Under the pieces are notes generated by a model that was given only the letters and a program-made list of their open reading frames with translations, ran no database searches and was not told the DNA's origin. From assembly GCA_003971905.1 (NCBI GenBank), contig RSEE01000094.1, positions 62,001-126,000 on the forward strand: a DNA stretch of 64,000 nucleotides, in the 5' to 3' direction. This stretch comes from Moniliella sp. 'wahieum'. Lineage: Eukaryota. The position numbers and the translations under genes were made by a program. Positions 1 to 10,923 of this stretch are shown here, one piece after another (the stretch's first letter is position 1; each line of letters begins with the position of its first letter).

Positions 1-1083
1 GTACTGACCTCCTCCTTTGTGTCTTTTTCTCTTGATTGCTGCTGCTCCCCTCACCTTTGCCTCGTTTGCTTCGTTGTTGCTATGCATCCCCCCTCGCTCA
101 TCCTTGCTCTGTCGCCGCCTATACCTTCTCGAGTAAAGTTCTCATCGCCGCATAGTGTAGACCCTGCCAGACCCCATCGCACAGTTGGCAGCTCGCCTGC
201 TCCTCAGTTGCATATGAATCGGCATCTACCGTCCTCGTCTATTACTACGAAGAACGAACATCGGCTCTTTCGAGATTACTCGCTAGTTCTGCGCCGATCG
301 TTTTCACCTAGCTGGACCAGGTGTTCATACCAAAAAACTAGGCCAACTGACTGCCACATGTCAGCGCAGATGTGACATGGTCGATGGTCGATGGTCGATG
401 TCGATGAGAGGGGAGGGGGGAGAAGGGGAAAATGCGCTGAAAGGGGCGCTGGTTGGTCGTTAGTGGCCAGATACTAGCACTAGCTTTTCCGAGTAATCCT
501 TCGGGTCCGTTCGATTATCGTTTCCGCCGATATGTTTCACGGCTTTTCGGTATAGCCTTTCCGGTGCTGCGTGGGCACCGTCTCATGGTCCAAAACTAAC
601 AGCACGCCGATTCGCACTGTATTGTGCTGAACCTTTCGCCATGATGGCCACGGATGACGTACACCTCGAGTCGAGTCCATCTCGAGGAGAACTCTGCTTT
701 TGGTTATCGCCTCCAGCGGGAATTGTGGGGACAGGCTCCTGGCAGCCCCGAGTTTTCCATGGCTCTCATCTCTCTTGACACATGGCACTGCTACGCGAAA
801 GCTATTACAGAGCAACTCGTGCCATTCACCATTTTGATGCGTACCAGTCAAAACACACTCTTCCTTCGTATTGTAGCATACGCTCTCTCACCGTCTTCTT
901 GTTCCTATAGCCACAACGAAAGCGAGAGCAGATTGCTGCCCCTTTGGGCTATATAAAACCTTCTCGTCACAGTGGTTGCTGGGGGAGTCAACGCTGGGTC
1001 TCACCAGTGGGCTCATCCAGGTATTTGAGAGATACAATCCTTTACAGGTCGTCCGAACGTCAACGACGCACGACTCACGGTTG

Positions 1084-1769
1084 TTAGTACTTGAGCTGGT
1101 TGTGGTGGATCTGCATGGGGCTAGGAGCATGGAATGACCTCTCTCGCGCGCGTGAGGTAGAGCGGCTGAAAGTGTGGCAAGGTTGTGTACGCACCGGCTT
1201 GGGCAGAGAAGTAGCAGCGTGTGTGATTGAAGCCTTCGGGCTCAGTCGGGGTCGAGGATGAGTGGCAGTGGAGGACACAAACGCTGCCACAGCTGGGACA
1301 GAGAATGCTTGGCACGCCCCTTCTCCCTTCAAGCTTGGGGGATGCAGGCCAAGTACTAGTGTCCTTGTGTGCAATGTGGTGTCTGCGTGTGTGTATATAT
1401 CAACTTGATGATCAGTGATTGCTACTACAGTGTTCTGATCCTCTGTCAGCCTATCAGCAACCCTTCCTGCCTCAAGAGCCCTAGGCATCAGGAAATATCT
1501 CCAGATTAAAGAGGCGTACCAAAAGGTATAGTATGGAGATGGTTCATATCATCATCTTGAGTGTGTGTGAAGACGCTTTAATTGCAGTGCACCTCAGGTG
1601 TGGTCTGGGGGATTGGTGATAGAAGAGGCGGGGCGGGGGTATTATCTGGCAGAAGCGGCGCGCGTCGGTGGTCTTACTGTTCCTGAGGCGATGCGGAGTG
1701 TTGATGACGTTGAACATTAACGCATGGCGGTAGGGCGCTTGGAACCTACAAGGCGAGGGGGACAGACAT
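1084..1769 (-). pseudogene. Degenerate ORF or repeat relic with several in-frame stops, CpG-depleted
   Basis: Reading from ATG 1769 gives MSVPLAL*VPSALPPC... with repeated TAG/TAA/TGA stops. Only 3 CpG occur in 1321-1620. No recognisable domain. Confidence 0.3.
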
Positions 1770-3968
1770 GGTGATGATGTACATGCGTGTGGGTTGTTGG
1801 GGAAAGGGAGGATTATTATGAGGAGTTTGGTCGTTGGATGAGAGAGCCGAGTACGTTATTGCTGTTGTGCGGGCAGTTGCGGGGGGGATGGTACACGTAG
1901 CTACTTTCTATACAGATCTCCTTTGGAGGGGGGAGCAAACGGGATATAATCAGTTACGGGGTTAGGTTCAGGGCCAAGTGTACTGAGGGAGAATATGGGC
2001 TGCGGAAATGTGCTACAGGCCTTAGGCCTTAGGCCTTGACCTTAGGCCTTGAGCCTGTTAGGCCTAAGGGTTGGTGGGGCAGCAGCCTGCACGAGTTGCG
2101 CGAGTCCGAGCAGACGCGGCGTTTCTGAGACGATGATACATCGATCATCATGCATCAACCATGATCGGCATCATCATTGGCTTCAGTGAGGACTGGGAGA
2201 GAGGCCTGGGTAATATACCGGCCTTAGTTACATAGAAGCCTTTTTACGTATCAAAGACAGGACGATCTGGAGTTGCTATAGTTGCTAGTTGTGACCCGGT
2301 GCGCGTTGTGGGACCCCGCACCGACTAAGTTACACGAGTTTGCCACCCCCAGAGGCCGCAGCGCCCCATGCAGCACAAATCCTGGTCCGGGCCTGCGGGA
2401 GCAGCTAGGAGGTGTGGATGAAATACCCGAAACCAGTGGTGTGTGGAAGGCGGCAGGGCATATGCAACCGACCTGTTTCTGCCTCCCCCGCTTGTGTGCA
2501 TCATGTGATCGGCCTTTCCGGGGAAATCTCATCAACGTACCCGGGCACCCTATTGTGCACGTGTAAGCATGTGAGCGCATGGGCACAGCAGCGCCCAGCC
2601 TGAGCGCGTGAGCACGTGAGTAGCGACCAGCATGTGCAGTACAATACACCACCGCTTCCACTAGTCGTCCGAGGCTTACAGCAGAAGGTGTGTTGGACAG
2701 ATGCCTCTTCCCACGCCAGTTCTTCCACCTGGGACGAGCTGGCGTGGGGCTATTAACGTTGTGACGCGATAATCGAAAAACCCACACCAGACCAGCGCGT
2801 AACGCGTAACGCGCGTAACGAGAGGAATGCATGAATGGGCGGGTGACCAACTTCTCCGCACAGCTATATTAGCATGGAGTCTGGCGCAGGGGTCGTCTTG
2901 GTTCGTCTCTCCATTACCATTCCACACCATGCGAGCGAAGTGACTGAAGCAGGGAGAGGCCCGATCATCGAACAGATCTCAGACTTGAGAAGCTTCAAGC
3001 CAACGTAATAGTTACTAGTTACTAGTTACTAGTTACTCGTACCGGTTACCGGCAAGTTACCCGCCACCTTAGCTGCTAACCCTGCCGACACGCCGCATTC
3101 CATTTGAGGCGCTCAGGCGCTCAGGCAAGGAGGGGGGGAACACCAGTGGACGCCTGTGGCTGTGTGAAACCCATATCCTATCTCCCATCCTGCACAGAAT
3201 TCCGGATGGATGCCCGGGGCGATCAGTACGTAGCTAGTAGCGCCGTGCCGTGCGAGCAAGTCTATTGTTACACGTTGCTAGTTACTAGTTACTAGTTACT
3301 CTCCCTCCCGCCGGCCACCCAAGCAGTTCTCTCAAGTCCCCTGCAGTCCTCTGCAATGCCCTGTGATGCATGTGATGCATGTGATGCATGATGCAGTCCC
3401 ATGCAGGCGCGAGCCGAGCTGCCGTCGGGAAACGTACCGCGTTCTGACGTAGGTGATTAATGAGAGACGTGCCATATTCCCTGACCGTGTCATGGGTGAC
3501 CGGTGGGTACTCCGTCCGTACTGGGGCGGTTAAATGCTAACACTGCTTGAACTGCTTAACCCTTCCTTGCGTCGGGCAGTCCACATGTGTCCTCATGCTG
3601 TCCGCGCGAGGTGGCTCAGCGGCAGGGAGCAGGGACGCTTGGGAGGCCAGGATGTGTGATGATCGATGATCGGTGCGAGCTCAGGCGCAGTGCGGGACGC
3701 ACTGACGCGCTGCGGCGCTGATCGGGGGATCGGCACAAGGGCCGGCAGGGACAGGGGCGGTGTGTGGGATGCGGCCGGGGGCGGGCAAGGCTGCTGTGCG
3801 CTGCTGTGCCGGCCGCTGCCCCGCACTTTTCCATTCAGAAGGCCACCGACACGCATAACCCGTGCGTGCTTCTGGTCTGCGCTGGTGGCAGCCGCTTGGG
3901 ACCGATGGCTGATCCTCGATCCGCCTAATCCATCCCAGCCCGAGCGTCCGAGGCGGAGGTGCTGCTGC

Positions 3969-3977
3969 TATATATAC
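3969..3977 (+). promoter_or_regulatory. Candidate TATA element of the GH1 gene
   Basis: TATATATA about 55-60 bp upstream of ATG 4031 in otherwise GC-rich DNA. Confidence 0.45.
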
Positions 3978-4030
3978 TGATCCTCGCGCGCCCAATACAC
4001 CCCCGTGCGTTGCCTCTCCCCCCCCCCCCA

Positions 4031-5966
4031 ATGCGTCTTTTGTGCTCCGCCTGGGCGGCCGGTCTGGCGGTCGTGGCACTGGTTGCACCTGCCCCTGCTG
4101 CTGCCTCATCCATTCGTTCCAAGTCCCACCCCTCTGCCGCCACCTCCGGCAACCCCAATGTCCAGGCTGGCGGCCACGTCCCTCCCGGCGGCGAGCCCAT
4201 CGACTTCAACAACCCTGCTGCCGTCCAGGGGCGAGTCAAGTTCCTCTGGTCCGAGATCGAGCGGTACAAGCCGGTCGAGTATGCCAAGATCCAGTATGAG
4301 TACCGCAACTTTAGCCAGAGCGAGTACGAGATGATGCCCCATTCCATCACCCACCGTCCCTATCAGGACGACTTGGGGATCGGCCTCAAGACAGACAACG
4401 TTACCCTCCCCGAGCACTTTTTGTGGGGGTACGCTTCGGCCAGTGCGCAGGTCGAGGGCGCAGTCAAAGCCGATGGCCGTGGCCCCTCGATCTGGGACTG
4501 GTATGCCCACCGCACCAACAACATGCGCAACAACGACACGTTTGACGTGGCCACCAACTTCCGTTACATGTACCCGCTCGACATTAAGCGTGTGGCCACC
4601 ATGGGCGCCAAGCTGTACTCTTTTAGTGTGTCCTGGTCCCGCGTCATGCCGCTGGGACGCGGGTATGTGTCGCAAGAGGGTCTACAGTTCTACAAGGACT
4701 TGGTTACCGAAATCCACAAGAATGGGATGAAAGCGGCAGTTACCCTGCAGCACTGGGACCTGCCTCTCTACCTTCAAATCTCCGAAAATGGCCAGCAGAA
4801 CCACACCTATGTAGACGCATTTGCCGAATACGCAGATGTGATGCTCAAGGCCTTGGGCCCCATGGGCGTTCAGGTATGTTTCTCACTCCTCTCTTCTCCT
4901 CCCTCTTGCGTTTCCACCTGTGAGTAGATCATCAAGCTGACGAGGAAGCCGTCCGCCTCTGCTGCCCTGGCATTAGCACTGGGTTTCCCACAACGAGCCC
5001 AGCGTCCACTGCACAGACCGGTACCTTCTCGCCTTGGAGGGCATCTACGGCTACGCGTCTCCGCCCAAGTCGACGCAGTGGAAATGCGCCGGGTACATGA
5101 TCAAGGCCCATGGGCGGATGAACGAGCTGTTCCGCAAGTACCAAGCCGATGGGACCGTGTCCAAGAAGGCACTACTCTCCTACAAAAACAACGGGGCGCT
5201 GAGCGTGCCGTGGGACCCGAACAGCGCCGCGGACAAGGCAGCGGTGGAGCGAGAGATGGACTTTGGCCTGGGTCTGTACAGCGATCCCATCCACTCCGAC
5301 ACGCACGATTACCCCCCCGTGGTGAAGCGTGAGGTGCCTGCCAAGTGGCTTCCGCCGCTCACTGCGGCTGACAAGCGGCGTCTGCAAGGCTCGGCCGACG
5401 TGTACAGCACGGACTATTACTCGAGTGCGATCACCAAGTCGCTGCCTGCCAAAGAGGCAAAAGGATGCTACGGGAACACTACCCACTCCCAATGGCCCAA
5501 CTGTGCCGATGGCCCAATGACCATGTCGGACGGGTGGCCTCTCACGTACGAGTACCCGGACGAGACGTGTTCAAGCTGGTTGGCCAACACGGCTGGTGCG
5601 TTCCGCGATCATTTGAAGTACATTGCCAAGCGCTGGCCCGCGCCCAAGGGTATCATCATCACCGAGTTTGGCTGGGCCGAGAAGGATGAAGCACAAAAGA
5701 GCTCGTACTGGGAACTGATCATGGACACGGGCCGACAAGCATACTATCACGGCTACCTCAACCAGATCCTTGAGTCCATCCATACCGATGGAATCAAGGT
5801 TATCGGTTCCTGGCTCTGGTCGGCAACATGCAACGTCGAATGGGAGGTAGGCAAGCAGCCTCGGTTCGGCGTCCAATCGGTCGACTATAACCAACCTACC
5901 TTGCCCCGCACCTACCTCGGATCAGCTTACTTTGTCCGTGACTTTTTCAAAAAGCACCTGGGCTGA
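4031..5966 (+). CDS. Secreted glycoside hydrolase family 1 (beta-glucosidase-like), about 610 aa; exons 4031-4873 and 4977-5966
   Basis: Motifs FLWGYASASAQVEGA, DGRGPSIWD, YSFSVSWSRVMP, TLQHWDLP, acid/base HNEP and nucleophile ITEFG. Intron GTATGT..GCTGAC..TAG keeps the frame. Hydrophobic signal-peptide-like N-terminus. Confidence 0.93.
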
Positions 5967-6909
5967 ACGAATCGGATGGGGATGCGGTCCTCGGATAATC
6001 GATGCTTCACGTCTCCTCTTCCATGATGTGGTCCCTCCCCTGGTTTCTCCACCCGCTCCGCTCTGTGTGCACCCTCGAAGAAGCTCCACCCCACCTCACT
6101 TTCGTTTCCCCTGCCTTTCTTTCGTTTTCCCTACTGCCTTTGGCCCCCTTTCCTTGAATGTTCAAACTCGGTAATATCACTAGCGCACCATCGTATTCTC
6201 CTGCACCATTCCCATGTTTACCGGTCGTGCTGGGCCACCGTAACAATCGGCTCACCGTCCTGGATCACCCAGAAATTAACGATGAAGCGTTGTCCCCTAT
6301 ATGTCTCTCCATAGTTATTTCTTTCCAGTGCCTATAAACTCGCAACTTCGCCACCGTCTTGGGTGGCATAGTATTGACCTTGCCCCAAACTCAATGGGAG
6401 GAAAAGGGTTCTTGGGGGCGCTGTTATACATGATGTGCTTGTCGCCTTCTGCTCGTTCCAGCAGCCGAAGCAGCTCCTCCCGGCGTTCCAAAGGCGTCGT
6501 AGTGCTCTCATGTACCACACCTTCTATGCAGTACGCAGAGCCTCTAAAGTAGATCCCCTTTTTACTGTACGTCATGCTTACCGATTTGTTTGCGCTAGGG
6601 GGAATGTGCCGCCCACCGAGTACCCACCGCGCTCAGCCATGCGTCTTGGTGATACAATTCCGCTCAACCCGACTCTGCTCCTCTCCCAGCGTGGAACGGG
6701 GCAAGGTGGTTGCGGTGGCGACGGTGGCCCAGCATGCAGTACCCAAACCGGGCCGTAGGCCCGGAGGTCTCCTAGTAGCTAGTCAGCCTATAATGTCACG
6801 GGGCGGGCCCCGCACGGTGGCTCTCGCCCGGGGTTTGGGGGGTACGACAATCCCTTAGGAGACGGTAGGTTGACTCACGGTAGTTTCGGGCTTGGGCTAG
6901 TTGGTGGGT

Positions 6910-7310
6910 CCGAGCGGAGCTAGGGACGAGGAGAGGCCTTTGGTGGGGCGGCTGCACATGTGGCAAGACTGCGTAATGCACCGGATTGGGCCGTAGTAAC
7001 GTGTCTGAAGCCTCTGGGACTTAGGGACAGGAGGAGGCGATGGCAGACAAACACTGCCTTCACTGAGACCGGCACAGAGACCGGAAATCGACGCGGCTGG
7101 AGGAGGGCTCGCGCGACTGGACTGATCGAGTGCTGGAGGATGAGGTCGGAAGCTGAGGATGCGGGAGTTAAGAGGAGAAGAGGCTGCCTGTACTGGATCA
7201 ATTGGCTGATGGAAAATGGGCAGGAGTCGGACAGGGTAGGCGGGAAGAGGGATGAGGGTGTAGACGAGAGATGAGAGAACGAAAGGTGGGGGAAAGGATC
7301 CTCATCAACC
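6910..7310. repeat. Diverged direct repeat, copy 1 (partner about 8455-8800)
   Basis: Collinear shared blocks such as CCGGATTGGG..GTAGTAACGT, GGCTCGCGCGACTGG, GCTGGAGGA, GCCTGTA and ATCAATTGGCTG. Confidence 0.7.
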
Positions 7311-8454
7311 AGAGGGGTACAGGATAGATCAAAAGGGAGAACGGATACAAGAGGAGGTGTAGAAAGGAAGACACGTCAAACGATGGGTTGGTTGCCGCAG
7401 ACGCGACCGAGAAAGGAAAAGGAAGTGGGGACAGAAGCGACAGTCGTTGTAAAGATACCGTAAGCTTGGTGGCCTTCAGTATTTAGGCCATCCGACTTTT
7501 GGACTTGGGCGGGGGCGACTATTGTTGCACGGACGCATGTTGGTGTTGAGCCAGGTGGCTCGTGCTTTGGCCAATGTCCCTTCAGTTCCTCCGCAGGCCT
7601 AGGAGTTCCGTTGTTTTTCTCTCTCCTGTTTTTCCTTGTTCCGCAGCTTAGACCCTGGTGGCGACTCGCTGCTTGATGTTCCTCAGTAGGCGTTGCTGGT
7701 TGGCTTAGACCACTACCACCACCACTATTGCGATTGCATCACCCTCGAGGACCATCTGGACTCCAGGTCTCATCAGTTGGCCCCGAGCCACCGTTCCTAA
7801 TTTAACCCACCACCATCACATGCATCACACTTGGTTGGACTGCGGAGCACGCTCTCCTGGGCATGTGCGGAGCAGGCGGGCCTTAGCTTGGACCGTCCCA
7901 TCCCGCGTCCAACGCCGCCGTGACAATCGTTGAGCGTTTGACCGTTTGGTGTTGGGTCCTATTAACGTCCTAACCTGGTCGCTGAACTTGCTTCTCGATG
8001 CCTCTCATCGACATCAAGGTAGCATTACCCCGCATCTCAACGCCGAGGCCCATTCTAACGGGTTGGCCGAGCGGTTGCTGCGCGCTGACTGCGTGCGTAT
8101 ACTGGGAGTACTGGGCACTTGTGGAATCCGGACCGACAGCTGCGAAGGTAGTGGCATGTGGCACATGACATCTCTTTATTCCATGTTCGAGCAGGCAAAA
8201 GAAATGTGCAACCCTACTGCCCGCCGACCACGTGACGGGTGGGTGGGGCTCGCCAATGATCGGGCATATGAGAGTCGCGTCGACGCGTCCCTCCACTACC
8301 TTAAAAGGGGAGCGGTTGTGCAAAGAGTAACCGAGTAACCGTGGCACAAGGCGGAGTGGTGGGGAGCCAGGAGGATGTGAAGAGCAATTGGGGTATTTGC
8401 CACAACGATACGGGGGTGGGGACAAGAAGAGGAGGGGGGGGGGGGCAAAGGGGA

Positions 8455-8800
8455 TCAGCGGAACAAGGGAGGGGATGGCGCGGACATGCCTTTGGGCTTG
8501 AAGCCGAGGTGGCCGCACGCTTGGCAGGGCTGCGTATGCGCCGGATTGGGGGTAGTAACGTAAGGAACCCACGCCATGTGCTGTGGTAGGGGGAATCGAC
8601 GCCGCTGAAGGAAGGCTCGCGCGACTGGGCAGATGGAAAGCTGGAGGACGAGGTTGGATGATGAAGATGATGCAGCTAAGTGGAGACGAGAGGTTGCCTG
8701 TATTACTGAATCAATTGGCTGGAAACGTTCAGGAGTTGGACAGGAAAGGCGGGAAGGGACGAGAACGGAAGGTGGGATAAAGGATTCCCACTGATTGATG
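8455..8800. repeat. Diverged direct repeat, copy 2 (partner about 6910-7310)
   Basis: Same blocks in the same order and orientation as copy 1. Confidence 0.7.
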
Positions 8801-10923
8801 ATGCTGACTATTGGTTGACCCCTTTTTGGTAACCCCCTCCTCATCTCTAAGCCCCATCACACTGGCATAGATGTTGATAGAGCGAAGCAGATGAAGCTGC
8901 TAGAGTGCGACTTGGGTCCTACGGATCAGCTGCAAATCCGCCTTCAGACAGGCGTGAAGGCAAAGAGGTGAGCCACAAGTCTTCAGGCAACATCGAGTTG
9001 AAGGGACGGAAGGAGACAGGAGAGAGAGAAGGGAAATGAAGCGAGCAGGGCGCGCGCGCCCTGCGAGCGGAACTCTTCCGCGATCCACCGAGGGCCGTGC
9101 AAGGGAACCCCAGCACTACCCTCCAACAGAAGCAAGCGGAGGCTGCGAAGGCACTAAGAATGTCATCCGATAGCACTTCCTCGTGTGACATGTGACACAC
9201 CGGTGCATGTGATGCGTTGTGTGATGCGTGTGATGCACGTGATGGGTGGTGTGTGTGACATGGGGCATGCGGAGTTCCGGGAGTACCTAGCTACCTCGGC
9301 AACTAGTAACTAGTAAGGTACGTCCATTTTTGCGACAGCGCAGGGGGAGTGGGTGTGCTGGTTTGCCACCCTGTGCGCACGCACAGCGGGGCTCCGCAGG
9401 ACTGCGCTTGGCTGGACCTGCGCATTCCAGGGATGGCCAATGGCCGATGGCCGATCGATGGGCTCAATCGTACTATAACCGAGGTTTTGTGGGTCTGGGC
9501 CATGCGTCCTGCGTCCTGCGCGCGGAGTGCAGGAGAGTACGAGGGTGGGGATGAGTACGATGAGTACACTGAGTCCTGTGCGTTGAAATTTGAATATTGA
9601 TCTTGAAGCTTGAGTACTTACTGAGTAACTGAGTGCGTCGATTCGATAACCGAGGGCACAGCCGCGGTGCGTTCGGCGCCGTTCCGTTAAATACAAGGGT
9701 AGGTGATCGGTAGGTGATCGAGATGATCGCATGCATCATGCATGAAACATCATGCATCGTGGCCGAATTATTTCCACCTAATGAGTACGTTTAATGAGCA
9801 CGCAGGGAAGATCGGCGATGTGCAGTGGCGGGAGCAGGCTGGGCTTGGGCCTGGGTGCAGATAGAGCTGCTGGTGGGGAGGGGCCGGGGACAGCTGGAAG
9901 GCCTGCAGGGCCGCACAGCGGTCGGCTGGCGCGGGCCGGAGTGCTGGGTGCAACGTGTAAGCGCTAAAAGGCCAACACTGCTCGCTAAGCGCCAACCCAG
10001 GGGCGGGCAGAGGCGCAATGTGGGCCCAGGGCCTCCTCCGAGGGGCGCAGTAGGCGCAGTGCGGTGTAGTTCGCAGGACCACGCTCGCCCTGGCCAGCGG
10101 GGGAGGAGTGTGATGCGTGTGAGAGATGCTGTCAGGTGTGCGGAGCGTGTCTCAGGAGCGGTCTCGCTAGGCTGGGCCAGTGCGGGGGGGCGGAGGGGGG
10201 AGCGATCGGGTCGGCTTGGCTTGGCTTGTGCCTGCTTTGGCTCATCGTCCCCGACAGACGCTCGCACCGCCCTCGTGGCCGCCGCTGCGCTCCAGGCGGC
10301 TCCCGGCCGCTACCTGCTGCTGTGCCGCATGGGGACGCCCAGGAGCGCACATCGGGGGTCCCAGCAGTGCGCCTCCGCCGTTGGGCCGACGCTGCTGGGG
10401 TGGCGCGTGGGTGGGGGCGCATGCTCTGACAAGCGGCGTTGGTCGATGGCATGTGCAGTGCCCCGTGCCGGGGCGGGCGCACAGAGCCAGTGTGCTGCTG
10501 CGTGTGCCATATATAGCGCGACACGGCCTGGGCACGCGGCTGCCTGCTGGTGCGGCGCACATGAGATGGGTGATGGGTGATCGGGGGCAGCGCCAAGGGC
10601 CAAGCTGTGGAGGATGCGATGAAGCCTGGAGCGGACGGACGAGAGACGGCGCTCCGATCGCTTCTTCGGGCTCGCGAAGAGCACCAATGGGCTGCGTCGA
10701 ATTGTCGCTCACACATCACGCATCAGCTCTCACACCCACGGATGCCCACGCGCCTCATCAGCCACAGCCATCGTCTATATCATCCTCGCCCTCTCGCCAC
10801 ACCTCTCCGCTGCCCAGCCCTGCCCCCCACGCAGCCCCCCCGCAGCACATCGCTTTCCTTGGCACCACCACCACCTCCCGCCTCCTCTTCGGGCTGGCCT
10901 CGCACCAAGCCTCTCGTAGCAGC

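Noticed and set aside
9825..10923. Long overlapping ORFs upstream of KRE6, including the 10180 start of the 571-aa ORF
   Set aside because: GC-rich promoter DNA gives stop-poor frames with no domain. A more plausible start is ATG 10924.
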